Positions 51,876-61,716 of a stretch of 64,000 nt of DNA are shown piece after piece. Origin of the DNA: an uncultured delta proteobacterium (lineage in GTDB: Bacteria; Desulfobacterota; Binatia; UBA9968); NCBI GenBank assembly GCA_963737905.1, contig CAVTUQ010000025.1:298653-362652 (forward strand), written 5' to 3'. Made by a program: the position numbers and the translations under genes. Position 1 is the first letter of the stretch. Each line of letters starts with the position of its first letter. The notes under the pieces were generated by a model. It made no database searches, had not been told where the DNA came from, and was given only the letters and a program-made list of their open reading frames with translations.

Positions 51876-52244
51876 ATGATGAAAAAGCTTTTGCTTTTAG
51901 CGGTGACGATTTCGATATCGGGTTTCTTTGGCAAGGCTGCGACGGCGCAAGAAAAAGCGGAGAAGGCGAATGTACCTACCATAACGGTCTTTGTGCAAAA
52001 TGACCGGGTCAAAGGTTACGAGGGTCACTTCAAACCTGGCGACAAGAGCGCTGGGATGGCGAAGCGTCCCGCCCGAGTCGAGTTTGCTATCACGGATGGT
52101 CAGATGAGGAATTACTATCCGGACGGTAAAACAGAAGAGGTCATGTGGAAAGCCGGTGAAGTAAAGTGGTCGGAGCCGGCGACTTACCAACAGGAGAATA
52201 TTGGGACAACAGAATTTAGAATCCGGGTTGTCCAATTGAAGTAA
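51876..52244 (+). CDS. Secreted cupin-like cassette protein
   Basis: Signal peptide; QNDRVK...FKPGD...WKAGEVKW...ENIG. Confidence 0.7.
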   Translation: MMKKLLLLAVTISISGFFGKAATAQEKAEKANVPTITVFVQNDRVKGYEGHFKPGDKSAGMAKRPARVEFAITDGQMRNYYPDGKTEEVMWKAGEVKWSEPATYQQENIGTTEFRIRVVQLK

Positions 52245-52358
52245 AGTGCAGCGCTTGAATTTTTGGATATTGCCTTCACTCCTACCATCGGAGCTACGTC
52301 GCGAGCTGCTTGGGCTTTAACATTAGGTGAGACACTACGCATATGGTAGACTACCTCG

Positions 52359-52601
52359 GTGCCAACCGTCTTGAGGAGCGGTCCGTACCGCGTGTACTTT
52401 TTCAGCCACGAACCGAACGAACCTCCTCACGTCCACGTGGATCGAGATGATTTGTCCGCTAAGTTCTGGCTTCAGCCGTTGGCACTGGCACGGAACTTCG
52501 GGTTTCCGCCGCGAGAATTACGGCGGCTCAGCGCTCTGATCGAAGAGAACCGAGAAAAACTATTGGAGGCGTGGCATGGGCATATTAGCGCTAAGCGCTG
52601 A
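52359..52601 (+). CDS. DUF4160 toxin
   Basis: MPTVLRSGPYRVYFFSHEPNEPPHVHV...AKFWL. Confidence 0.88.
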   Translation: MPTVLRSGPYRVYFFSHEPNEPPHVHVDRDDLSAKFWLQPLALARNFGFPPRELRRLSALIEENREKLLEAWHGHISAKR

Positions 52602-52887
52602 CGAGCGGGTGCGGGATGTGCGTGTGTCGGAAGACACATTGACTGTCGATTTGATGGACGGTCGAACGATCTCCGTACCCTTGGTTTGGTATCCGCGACT
52701 GCTGGGTGGGACACCGAAACAGCGATCGAATTGGAAGGTATGCGCGGCCGGTTACGGTATCCACTGGCCGGATCTGGACGAGGATCTCAGTACAGAGGGT
52801 TTATTGCGGGGTGCGCCGGCGCCCGCAGCTTCGGCACGGCGCCTAACCAACCGCTCCAAGCGACGGCGGAAAGCTCGCCGCGCCTGA
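52576..52887 (+). CDS. DUF2442 antitoxin
   Basis: DGRTISVPLVWYPRL...GIHWPDLDEDLS. Confidence 0.88.
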   Translation: MGILALSADERVRDVRVSEDTLTVDLMDGRTISVPLVWYPRLLGGTPKQRSNWKVCAAGYGIHWPDLDEDLSTEGLLRGAPAPAASARRLTNRSKRRRKARRA

Positions 52888-52903
52888 CCGGAAACGTTTA
52901 GCC
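52841..52903 (+). other. attC site
   Basis: GCCTAAC...GCGACGGCG gaaagct CGCCGCGC...GTT(T)AGCC. Confidence 0.78.
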
Positions 52904-52949
52904 AGCAGAATAAATTTGTGTTAGATTTCAGGGCGTGGAGAAAAGCGAG

Positions 52950-53174
52950 ATGTCAGTCCCTGAGCCCTTAATCACGACCTCGCCTGATCGGTTAAGCGGG
53001 ACTCCCGTCTTTGCGGGCACCCGCGTTCCTGTGCAAACCCTTGTCGATTACCTTGAAGAAGGCGATTCTCTGGACGATTTTTTGGCCGACTTTCCTAGCG
53101 TTTCTCGCGAGCACGCCATCGCGGTGTTGGAGCTCGCAAAATCGGCTCTCCTTGCCAAGGCTGTTGCCGCATAG
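52950..53174 (+). CDS. DUF433 antitoxin
   Basis: SGTPVFAGTRVPV..L.DYL..G...FL.DFP. Confidence 0.9.
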   Translation: MSVPEPLITTSPDRLSGTPVFAGTRVPVQTLVDYLEEGDSLDDFLADFPSVSREHAIAVLELAKSALLAKAVAA

Positions 53175-53180
53175 CTGCAA

Positions 53181-53501
53181 GTGCGAGTGCTCCTCGATGG
53201 CTGCGTGCCGAGCCGCCTAGCCGATGAATTGCCAGACCACGAGGTTAACACGGCGCCGGAAATGGGCTGGGCGAATCTCGACGACGGGCCCCTCCTTGAT
53301 GCTATGGCCGAGCGGTTCGACGTACTTGTTACCGTGGACCAGAGTCTTCCCAAGCAACAGCGTATCGACCACCGACCTTTGGCTGTAGTGGTCCTGCGAG
53401 CAAAAACGAATCGCCTAGCAGATCTGCTTCCGCATGTTCCGAAGCTCCGCAGCGTAGTTGAGAACGCGCAGCCGGGTCACGTTTATGAAATTTCTGGCTA
53501 A
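53181..53501 (+). CDS. DUF5615 PIN-like (VapC45-type) toxin
   Basis: MRVLLDGCVP...GWANLDDGPLL...VLVTVD. Confidence 0.85.
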   Translation: MRVLLDGCVPSRLADELPDHEVNTAPEMGWANLDDGPLLDAMAERFDVLVTVDQSLPKQQRIDHRPLAVVVLRAKTNRLADLLPHVPKLRSVVENAQPGHVYEISG

Positions 53502-53555
53502 CTATTGGGTTGAGAGGGACGCGGCGGACCGCGCCTCTCACCCATTGCGCTAGAC
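53496..53555 (+). other. attC site with R' variant GCT
   Basis: GGCTAAC tat TGGGTTGAGAGG..GCGG CGGA CCGC..CCTCTCACCCA ttgc GCTAGAC. Confidence 0.82.
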
Positions 53556-53583
53556 CGCTTGTGCGACCAACATTCCGGAAAAC

Positions 53584-54024
53584 ATGGGAACCTCGATTCG
53601 CCACATATTGGTTGATCAAGACGATACAGTGATCCGATTGAGGAACCGCCTCTTCCAAAACCTGTGGGACAATTCTCAAGCCTATACACTTCCGCAATTT
53701 GCCGGATGTCGGCTTCGATGGGCGGAAGCGGCGGTGGAACTACAGGACCGTAAGCCAGTTCGTATACTGCGAGTGGTCTTCTGTTACTTGTACTTCGACC
53801 ACCAAGGCCGCCTCGATCGAGACAAAGTGATGAGAGATGGTGCCCTGATGGTGGAGGCAGCGATAGGAGGTATCGCTCCGACGAAATCAGGGTCGGTCAT
53901 ACACGCGTCGTCGCGCTTTGCCGCTCGACGTCGGGATCATGAGGCCATCTGGAAGCCAAGCCCGGAGCTCAATAGGGCAATTGACGACGCAGCGCTCGAT
54001 TCCAAATCGTACAAACGTCTATGA
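53584..54024 (+). CDS. Hypothetical protein, last cassette
   Basis: 146-aa ORF followed by R'' GTCTAAC at 54043, complementary to the cassette start. Confidence 0.7.
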   Translation: MGTSIRHILVDQDDTVIRLRNRLFQNLWDNSQAYTLPQFAGCRLRWAEAAVELQDRKPVRILRVVFCYLYFDHQGRLDRDKVMRDGALMVEAAIGGIAPTKSGSVIHASSRFAARRRDHEAIWKPSPELNRAIDDAALDSKSYKRL

Positions 54025-54309
54025 TCACACATCAAGTTGCCCGTCTAACCCGCTGGAGCCAGTAACTTATTATGATACTTTGCGGTGATGTTCTTATATG
54101 CTCTCTGCAACCTCCTTCTATCGTTTTCCGTTCCGCAGTGCGCGCCCGTTCTGCGGGTCGCATTTACATTTGCAGGTCCCATTGAACGAGTTGACGGTTG
54201 CGAAAGCTAAAGAGTATTGTCTCTATGCGTTTCGTGAGCGGAAAAAGTCGAAAGATTCTGGCATACCATGTAACGAACCATTCAGATTAACTCAAAAAGG
54301 AGAAGAACC

Positions 54310-55470
54310 ATGAAGCGGAGCACTGATCGGATTTTAACCACTCACTGCGGCAGTTTGGCGCGTCCTAAGGACTTGCTCGACTTGATGAAAGCAAAGATCA
54401 ATGCCGAACCCTATGACGAGACCGCCTTCACTCAGCGGGTACAGAGCGCGGTGGCCGAAGTTATTCGCAAGCAAGCCGAGAGCGGCATCGACATTGTGAC
54501 CGACGGCGAGCAGGGAAAGCCGGGCTTCTTCGCCTACGTGCGCGAGCGGCTTGCCGGCTTTGAGCCTAAGGGCCCTGCGCGCGGCGCGCGAAAGGAGTGG
54601 GCCGCGGAAGTGGCCGCCTTCCCGGAATACTATGAACAATACTTCAGCCGGCGCATGATGGGCGGAAGCATCGCCTCGCGCATCCCGCTGGTCTGCACCG
54701 GGCCGGTAAGCTACCAGGGACAAGAAGCGATCCGGAAAGACATCGACAATCTCAAGGCTGCGGTCCGTGGTTTGAAAGTCGAGGAAGCTTTCATGCCGGC
54801 CGTGGCGCCGAGCGGCGTGGGCAACAATGAATACTACGGCAGCGAGGAAGAATACCTTCAAGCGGTCGGCGACGCTTTGCGGACGGAATACCAGGCAATC
54901 GTGAGTGCGGGATTCATTCTACAGATCGACGATCCCTGGCTCACAGAAGTATACGGTGATGCCTCATTGAGTCCTGCCGACCGGCGCAAGATCGCCGAGA
55001 GATCTGTCGAAGCGCTCAATCACGCGCTGCGGGGAATTCCGGCGGAAAAGGTCCGCTTCCACACCTGTTATGGAATCAATGAAGGGCCCCGTGTCAACGA
55101 CGCTTCGCTCAAGGACATGGTGGACCTTATTCTGAAAGTAAATGCCGGTGCCTACTCTTTTGAAGCTGCGAACCCGCGCCACGAGCACGAGTATCATGTC
55201 TGGGAAACTGTGAAACTGCCCGAGGGCAAGGTAATTATTCCGGGCGTGGTCACCCATGCGAGCAATATCGTCGAACATCCCGAACTTATCGCCGAGCGCA
55301 TCACCCGATTCGCGAAGCTAGTGGGCCGGGAGAACGTGATCACGGGATCAGACTGCGGCTTCTCCTCCCAAGCAACCTACAACCCAGAGGTTCATCCAAC
55401 TGTCGTATGGGCAAAATTTCAGGCCATGGCCGAGGGCGCACGCCTGGCAACAAAGCAGCTCTGGCGGTAA
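54310..55470 (+). CDS. Cobalamin-independent methionine synthase II-like (MetE C-terminal domain) enzyme
   Basis: TTHCGSL.RP, TDGE, QIDDP, HTCYG, DCGF. Confidence 0.9.
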   Translation: MKRSTDRILTTHCGSLARPKDLLDLMKAKINAEPYDETAFTQRVQSAVAEVIRKQAESGIDIVTDGEQGKPGFFAYVRERLAGFEPKGPARGARKEWAAEVAAFPEYYEQYFSRRMMGGSIASRIPLVCTGPVSYQGQEAIRKDIDNLKAAVRGLKVEEAFMPAVAPSGVGNNEYYGSEEEYLQAVGDALRTEYQAIVSAGFILQIDDPWLTEVYGDASLSPADRRKIAERSVEALNHALRGIPAEKVRFHTCYGINEGPRVNDASLKDMVDLILKVNAGAYSFEAANPRHEHEYHVWETVKLPEGKVIIPGVVTHASNIVEHPELIAERITRFAKLVGRENVITGSDCGFSSQATYNPEVHPTVVWAKFQAMAEGARLATKQLWR

Positions 55471-55712
55471 GCCCGGAAAACATTAACCAGAGAACCTAAT
55501 GCGGCAGAGCCTGATGAAAGTAGAAAAGAAGTTAAACGCAGAGAAAGTAAAAAACGCAAAAATTAGGCCTGGGTTTCAAATTCGCCGTTTCTTGGTGTTT
55601 TTCGTGATTTTCGCTATGAGAGGTCTTGTGAATTCCAATGGGTCGCATTCGCTGCCAACAGTGATTCCCCGCCGTTGCACCAACTATGAGAGAAGGTTAA
55701 ACTCTTTCCGTT

Positions 55713-56006
55713 ATGGACCCGCTAGCATTGATCCAAGCTCATGCTGAAGAATTGCACGCTTTGGGTGCACGTCGGATCGGTGTGTTCGGTTCATTCGCCA
55801 AAAACCAGGCAACTCCGGAAAGCGACGTGGACGTTTATGTAGAGTTTTCCGAAGGGATGAAAACTTATGATAATTTCTTTGCCCTTTACGAGCTGCTGCG
55901 GGAGCTCTTCGGCAGGCCCATCGACCTCGTGACGGACGGGGCGTTAAGTGAGAGAAAAGCTCGCCTAATACTGCCAACCGTTCGCTATGCAACCCTCAAC
56001 GCTTGA
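55713..56006 (+). CDS. MNT nucleotidyltransferase antitoxin
   Basis: VFGSFAK......SDVDVYV. Confidence 0.9.
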   Translation: MDPLALIQAHAEELHALGARRIGVFGSFAKNQATPESDVDVYVEFSEGMKTYDNFFALYELLRELFGRPIDLVTDGALSERKARLILPTVRYATLNA

Positions 56007-56313
56007 AATTCTCCGCGACATTCTCCAAGAAGCGGAGTTTCTAACGGCACAAGCGTCGCACATATCCTTTGAATCCTTCATCCGTGACGAGATCAAGAAG
56101 CGCGCCTTCGTGCGTAGCATTGAAATTATAGGCGAGGCGGCCAAGAAGATCCCGAACGAGATACGAGATCAGATTCCAGAGATCGAATGGAAAAAGATCG
56201 CCGGGATGAGGGACCGACTCATCCATGACTACGCAGACGTGGACTATGTCATCGTGTGGGACGTGGCGAGAACCAAAGCTCCAGAACTCCGGAACACTTG
56301 CGGCCAATCATAG
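55987..56313 (+). CDS. HepT/DUF86 HEPN toxin
   Basis: EIIGEA...[13 protein letters not shown]. Confidence 0.9.
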   Translation: MQPSTLEILRDILQEAEFLTAQASHISFESFIRDEIKKRAFVRSIEIIGEAAKKIPNEIRDQIPEIEWKKIAGMRDRLIHDYADVDYVIVWDVARTKAPELRNTCGQS

Positions 56314-56407
56314 TATCGCACGACGAACATCACTGATGGTCGTTCAGCGCTGTCACTCGCTTCACGCGGTTTTGTGACCTTTGCGTTCTTTGTGGCTACT
56401 TTCGCCC

Positions 56408-57424
56408 CTACTCATCCAACCACATCAGCTTCGTCGGATTGTCTTTCAACATCACCTTGACTTCGTCGGGCTTGATGCCGAAGCCGAGGAGCGCGCGGAG
56501 GAAGACCCGCATACCGTCGACTGCATCCATGTGCAGCACCTGGCCGAAGTCGCTGCCTATAATGCAGCGATCAGGGCCGATCTCTTTGATCGTGCGGATG
56601 GTTTCCATTGGATCGGCGACGGGTTGATACAAACTCGGAATCATCGGCTGGCAGTAAGTGCCGACGTAGACACCGAGATCGCGGAGTTGCTTCATCTCGT
56701 CCAGTAAGAGTTTGTTCAACTCCAGCAGCGGATGATCCAAGGTCGCCCGGACACCGATATCTTTTGCCAGTTTCCCCAACGGTAACAGCTCCTGAAAATC
56801 GGTATGGCCAAATCCGATGCCGACTTTTTTTTCCGCCGCCATCTCCATGATCTCTTTCACCTCCGGCAAGACCTTGCCGTCCTCACTGCACAGCCGCACG
56901 CCTTCATGCTCCGGATGGCCGGCGCCGCGCCAGAAGCCGTAGGACGTGAAGGTCGGAAACCAGATCATCTTGAAGTTGGGATATTGGAGACCAACGCGCA
57001 CGTAATCCGGCCTCATGCCGAAACACATTCCCACGCCACCATAGACTTCGACGCGATTTGTCAATTCGCCTCGGGCGATCATATCGTCGATATAGCGCTG
57101 GGTCAGATAGGCCGACGTTGCGCTGATGTTCCAGTGGTCTTTGAACGCGATCGCGCGCATGCCGCACTTGGACGCCTCGATGGCGATCTGGATCATGTCC
57201 TGCGACCGATGAACGAAATCCGGAAACGCATGGATGTGACAATCGATGGCCCCCTGAAGCAGCTCGTTCTCGATCCCCGGATAAATCTTCAGCATCTCCG
57301 GGTTGTCTTTCAGCATCTGATAAAAATAATCCTTGGCGTTGAGCTCGCGCACCCGCGCCACGCTCAAAGTTCGGCCGACCATTAACTGTTCCGCGGCCGC
57401 CGCATCTGCAGCAAAATCACACAT
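56408..57424 (-). CDS. Amidohydrolase-fold protein (DUF6282-like)
   Basis: AIDCHIH.FPD, FKDH, GH, DHP, GSDFGQ. Confidence 0.75.
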   Translation of the reverse strand: MCDFAADAAAAEQLMVGRTLSVARVRELNAKDYFYQMLKDNPEMLKIYPGIENELLQGAIDCHIHAFPDFVHRSQDMIQIAIEASKCGMRAIAFKDHWNISATSAYLTQRYIDDMIARGELTNRVEVYGGVGMCFGMRPDYVRVGLQYPNFKMIWFPTFTSYGFWRGAGHPEHEGVRLCSEDGKVLPEVKEIMEMAAEKKVGIGFGHTDFQELLPLGKLAKDIGVRATLDHPLLELNKLLLDEMKQLRDLGVYVGTYCQPMIPSLYQPVADPMETIRTIKEIGPDRCIIGSDFGQVLHMDAVDGMRVFLRALLGFGIKPDEVKVMLKDNPTKLMWLDE

Positions 57425-57450
57425 AGAAAATCTCCCTTCGTTCGATTTTC

Positions 57451-57557
57451 AGTTCAAAAGTTCAAGGTTCAATGTTCAAAGTTGGACTCACGAAAACCGG
57501 TGGCGGCATTGCATTGTCGACTCTTAACGTTGAACCTTAAACTTTGAACGTTGAACC
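57451..57557. repeat. Inverted heptamer-repeat hairpin
   Basis: (RGTTCAA)x4 ... (TTGAACN)x4. Confidence 0.85.
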
Positions 57558-57577
57558 ACGCGCGTAAGCGCGCCGCG

Positions 57578-58579
57578 CTACGCGCTCCCCCACGCTTCAA
57601 AAAACTTCCTCGCGTCCTCCACCACCGGCTCCGTCACCGGCACGTACGGAATAACCATCCGGGTCACGCCGGCTTCTTCGAATGCTTTCATCTTTTCTTT
57701 GATCTCTTTGATACTAGTTGCGGGAACCACCGGGAGCTTGTCCATATACTCGTCGGTCAGTGCGCCCATGGCCGCCTTGAAGCCGCCTTTTTGAAACGCC
57801 TCATGAATCGCGTTGACTTCTTTTTCAAAACCCATGCCCCGGAGCATATCGCTGTAATGATCGGCGATGTTATAGAACGTGAGTACCTGGCGAAGCTTTG
57901 CGCGAGCTAAGCTCCTGTCGGGATTCAGCGAAACGCGACTCTTGGCAACGATTTCAATTTTGCTCGGATCGCGCCCCGCCTCTACCGCCCCATCGCGCAC
58001 CCGCGCGGCGATTTCTTTGACTTTCGCCGGCGTCGCCATGTTAATAAAAACGCCGTCGGAAACCTTTCCGACGAGCTTCGTCATCTGCGGGCCGAGGCCG
58101 GCAAGGTAGATGGGAAACTTCGGCTGGCTCGGCTTCCACGAAAGCTGGAAGCGTTTGCCGGTCTGATAGATCTCGCCTTCGTATTCGACGCGCTCGCCGG
58201 CAGCTACTTTGCGCACGATATCGATGTATTCCCGCGCGCGCTTGAGCGGACGGTCAAAGATGCCGCCATGCCAGCCCGCGATGCTCTTGTTCGCGACACC
58301 CAGTCCCAATAGCAACCGACCGCCGGAAAGGTCCTGCAAGGTCGCTGCCTGGATGCCCAACGTGACCGGGCTGCGGCCATAGATGTGATAGATCGCCGTG
58401 CCCAGTTTTATGGTCTTCGTCCGGCTCGCCACAGCGGAAAGCATCACGATCGGATCGGTGCTGTTCGACTCCCCTTTCCAAAAAGCTCCAAAGCCGACCT
58501 GTTCGGCCAATTCAATCAGACCCGGCACGTCGGCGGCCGGATAGTGCGCCGCTGAATTGATTTCAACGTCGTAGATCAT
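57578..58579 (-). CDS. LLM-class flavin/F420-dependent oxidoreductase
   Basis: DP..MLSAVASRT..IKLGT, SGGRLLLGLG, PIYLAGLGP. Confidence 0.9.
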   Translation of the reverse strand: MIYDVEINSAAHYPAADVPGLIELAEQVGFGAFWKGESNSTDPIVMLSAVASRTKTIKLGTAIYHIYGRSPVTLGIQAATLQDLSGGRLLLGLGVANKSIAGWHGGIFDRPLKRAREYIDIVRKVAAGERVEYEGEIYQTGKRFQLSWKPSQPKFPIYLAGLGPQMTKLVGKVSDGVFINMATPAKVKEIAARVRDGAVEAGRDPSKIEIVAKSRVSLNPDRSLARAKLRQVLTFYNIADHYSDMLRGMGFEKEVNAIHEAFQKGGFKAAMGALTDEYMDKLPVVPATSIKEIKEKMKAFEEAGVTRMVIPYVPVTEPVVEDARKFFEAWGSA

Positions 58580-58658
58580 AGTTCCTTCCCTTCAAACTAT
58601 TTTGAATTTTAGATTTTCGATTGCGGATCCGGGCAAAATCCGAGCTCTCTAAAATCCT

Positions 58659-59855
58659 CTAAGTCTGAGCACACTTGGTGATTCCCTGAGCAACAAGCTT
58701 TGCAACATCGGCTGGGTCGTATCCCAGCTCTTTTAGAATCGCCGCCGAGTGTTCGCCGAGCAGCGGCGGGGGCGTTGATTGTTCTTTTGTTAGTCCATCG
58801 TAACGTACAGGACCGCCGACAAATTGCAACTTTCCCGCCTGCGGATGAACCAGCTCCTCGACCAGATCAAGATGGCGCACCTGGGGATCCGCGAGCACTT
58901 CGGCCACGTTGTACAGAGGAACGACCGGGACGTCGTTGGCTTCCAGCCGCTGCAGCCACTCGGTCCGGCTTCTCGTCAAAAACACCGGCGCCAGAGTTGA
59001 TTCCAGCGCTTCGTAATTTTGCCTGCGGGCGTCCCGAGTCTTAAATCTTGGGTCTTCCGCAAGATCCATACGGTCGGCTGCCTTGAGCAATGCGAGCCAA
59101 AACTTTTCCGGCACCGAGCAATGAATCGCTATCGGCAGCTTGTCCTTGCACACAAAAGCAAATGCGTGGGCGTTTTTCACTCTGGCCATTCGGTTGGGAA
59201 CCAGGCCGGTCTTCATATAACCGGCTGCCGTCTCGCCAATAAAAGATAGCGTGGCCTGGAGCAGCGACGTCTCCACTCTGCAGCCATCGCCGGACTTCTC
59301 CCGCCCCAGCAAAGCGCCGAGAATCCCATAGCCAGCGGACAGGCCGGTGACGTAATCCGACACCGCCATCCCCATCACCTTCGGCTCATCCGGATCAGTC
59401 AGCAAACTCAATAATCCGCTCACCGCCTGGCCCAACGTGTCAAACCCCGGCTTGTTCGCGTAGGGTCCGCTCTGGCCGAAAGCCGAGATAGAGCAATACA
59501 CCAAACGCGGATTGAGCGCGCGTAAAGTTTCGTAGCCGAATCCCAGGCGTTCTGCCGTGCCGGGACGGAAATTCTCCACGAACACGTCCGCCCGCTTGAG
59601 CAACTCGAGACAGATCTCTTTCCCCTTGGATGATTTGAGATCCAGTGCCAGACTTTCTTTATTCCGATTCAGGTGGGCAAAGTTGAAGCTGAAGTACGGG
59701 TCCGGCGCGAAATAGCGATACGGGTCGCCATCCGGCGGCGACTCGATCTTGATCACGCGCGCGCCAAGATCGCCTAGCAAAAAAGCGGCGTAGGGACCGG
59801 TAACAAAGGTCGAACATTCAATCACCGTGATATCTTTGAGAAAGATGAAAGGCAT
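58659..59855 (-). CDS. Family III CoA-transferase (CaiB/BaiF)
   Basis: LGARVIKIE, NRNKESLALDLK, ENFRPG, ISAFGQSGPY. Confidence 0.93.
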   Translation of the reverse strand: MPFIFLKDITVIECSTFVTGPYAAFLLGDLGARVIKIESPPDGDPYRYFAPDPYFSFNFAHLNRNKESLALDLKSSKGKEICLELLKRADVFVENFRPGTAERLGFGYETLRALNPRLVYCSISAFGQSGPYANKPGFDTLGQAVSGLLSLLTDPDEPKVMGMAVSDYVTGLSAGYGILGALLGREKSGDGCRVETSLLQATLSFIGETAAGYMKTGLVPNRMARVKNAHAFAFVCKDKLPIAIHCSVPEKFWLALLKAADRMDLAEDPRFKTRDARRQNYEALESTLAPVFLTRSRTEWLQRLEANDVPVVPLYNVAEVLADPQVRHLDLVEELVHPQAGKLQFVGGPVRYDGLTKEQSTPPPLLGEHSAAILKELGYDPADVAKLVAQGITKCAQT

Positions 59856-60137
59856 GCCCTAGCCTGCATTGTTTACGGAAGAGTGACCGAGAAGCAAGCC
59901 TCTCCGGTTGCGGGCAATGGGCCGGTGTCTTGAGCACGCCTGCAAATTGCAGTGGTAAAGCGAAGGGTGCAAAACCAATGCGAGCTTATTGCCGATCCCC
60001 TAGAAGTCAGCATAGCTCTACGCTCCTGTGTCCGCTCGCTCCGATGCTTACTTCTCGGTCTACAATCTGTCGTGCCTTTTCCTGGGTTCATGAATAGTTC
60101 GGACTGGTGTTCTGAAATATTGAGGCGCCCCACCTTC

Positions 60138-61385
60138 TCAACGCGGTGCCACGAGGATCTCGTCGCGCGGGAAATAATCCATGATCTCCGCGCCGTTTTT
60201 GGTCACCACGAGCATGTTTTCCAATCTCGTGCCGCCGACCCGTGGCTCACCTTCGCGGGACTCCACGGCGATCGTCATGCCTTCTTCGAAAACCTGCGGA
60301 TGATCAAAAGACCATAACCGATTGATAATCGGCATGTCGTAGCCCGTGCTAGTCCCGAGACCGATGCCGTGCCCGATCTCGCTGGCGAGGATCTCTACTT
60401 CGCTCTTGTAGCCCCATCGGGTTGCCGGCGGAAAATGTTTCGCCGCGTCGGCTGTCGTCTTGCCCGGTTTTATTTCGCCGATGACGGCATCGATGCGCTC
60501 GCGTACTTGTTTATACCAGTCTTTTTCTTTGGCCGTCGCGTCGCGGCCGACGATGAATGTCCGATAGGTGCAGCTTCCGTATCCCATGTAAGTGGCACCG
60601 CAATAGGAACCGTAGACCAGATCGCCGACCTGGATGATCCGGCTCGTGGCATGGCAACCGCGGTCGAAGGTCATGGGCCCGGTACGCCAACCACCCGGAA
60701 CCGCGGCTTCCAAGCCCAACTCATAACCCGCCGTGGATCCCAGGGTCATCAGGTCGGTATCCTTCATCCCAGGCTTCAAGTTCTCCCACACGCGGAACCA
60801 CACGCCGTCGACCATCGCAGCGCAAGTTTTGAGGCAGCTAATCTCATCTTGATTCTTAACCATGCGAGCTTCCAGCATGAGATTTCGCGTATCGACGATA
60901 TTTTTCACGCCGGCATTGATCAACGCTTCCCGCCCGGTGCCATCAAAACTTCCCAGGCCGAGTTTCTCGCCAAGCAAACCGCGCTCCTCGAGCTCCGCCT
61001 TGATCTCGGCGGCAAATGCCTTCGCTTCCACCGCGCTGGCTTCAGGACCGGGGGAACCCGTTAACCAAGAACGGGCGGGCCGCCACTCTTTGATCCAGGG
61101 ACACTGGTCGGGCATCTGGTGATAGTAGCCGTCATGTTCATACATCACCGGGTCCTGTTCCGCGAAGAACAGGACATAGCGACACATGGGATAGGCGAAA
61201 CCTTTAAGCGCGGTTAGATAGCGGATGTTTTGATGATTCGCTTCGAGGATTGCGGCAATCCCGTATTTGCGCATGAGCATCTGCGCACGCTCCACCCGCT
61301 GCCGGCGCATGCGATCCGGGTTAAGTCGCTCTTGCCAATCCGCCGTTTCAGGACCGAAGGTTAGCTTGGGTGAATATTGCACCAT
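60138..61385 (-). CDS. M24 Xaa-Pro peptidase-family protein
   Basis: GHGIGL, EEGMTIAVE, RLENMLVVT. Confidence 0.88.
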   Translation of the reverse strand: MVQYSPKLTFGPETADWQERLNPDRMRRQRVERAQMLMRKYGIAAILEANHQNIRYLTALKGFAYPMCRYVLFFAEQDPVMYEHDGYYHQMPDQCPWIKEWRPARSWLTGSPGPEASAVEAKAFAAEIKAELEERGLLGEKLGLGSFDGTGREALINAGVKNIVDTRNLMLEARMVKNQDEISCLKTCAAMVDGVWFRVWENLKPGMKDTDLMTLGSTAGYELGLEAAVPGGWRTGPMTFDRGCHATSRIIQVGDLVYGSYCGATYMGYGSCTYRTFIVGRDATAKEKDWYKQVRERIDAVIGEIKPGKTTADAAKHFPPATRWGYKSEVEILASEIGHGIGLGTSTGYDMPIINRLWSFDHPQVFEEGMTIAVESREGEPRVGGTRLENMLVVTKNGAEIMDYFPRDEILVAPR

Positions 61386-61488
61386 GACCGTCCTCCTTAC
61401 TGAAAGAAAGGCATCGATTTTTTCGCCAACTGGCGCGACTGTATATTGAACGCCGCGCCGCTTGCAACAGGAACGCCTCGACCCGATA

Positions 61489-61567
61489 ACCACGAAGATC
61501 ACGAAGGCCACGAAGGCTTCGGATATTTTTGATCATAAACTTCGTGCCCTTCGTGTCCTCCGTGGTC
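61489..61567. repeat. Inverted nonamer-repeat hairpin
   Basis: (NNCACGAAG)x3...(CTYCGTGNN)x3; sibling at 25255-25325. Confidence 0.85.
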
Positions 61568-61716
61568 AAATCTGCTTGTCTCTTCTAGCTTGCCTTGACG
61601 GGCGGTCAAATCGCTTGCATTATTTCGGCCGCCTGGATAGACAGCAACTAAAGATGATAAAGATGAACAACGGATACAATTTGAGAGGCTATGCTGGCTA
61701 ACAAAATGAGGGACTG

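Noticed and set aside
57451-57557. Short repeats as a CRISPR array
   Set aside because: 7-9 nt units without unique spacers; no cas genes in the window.
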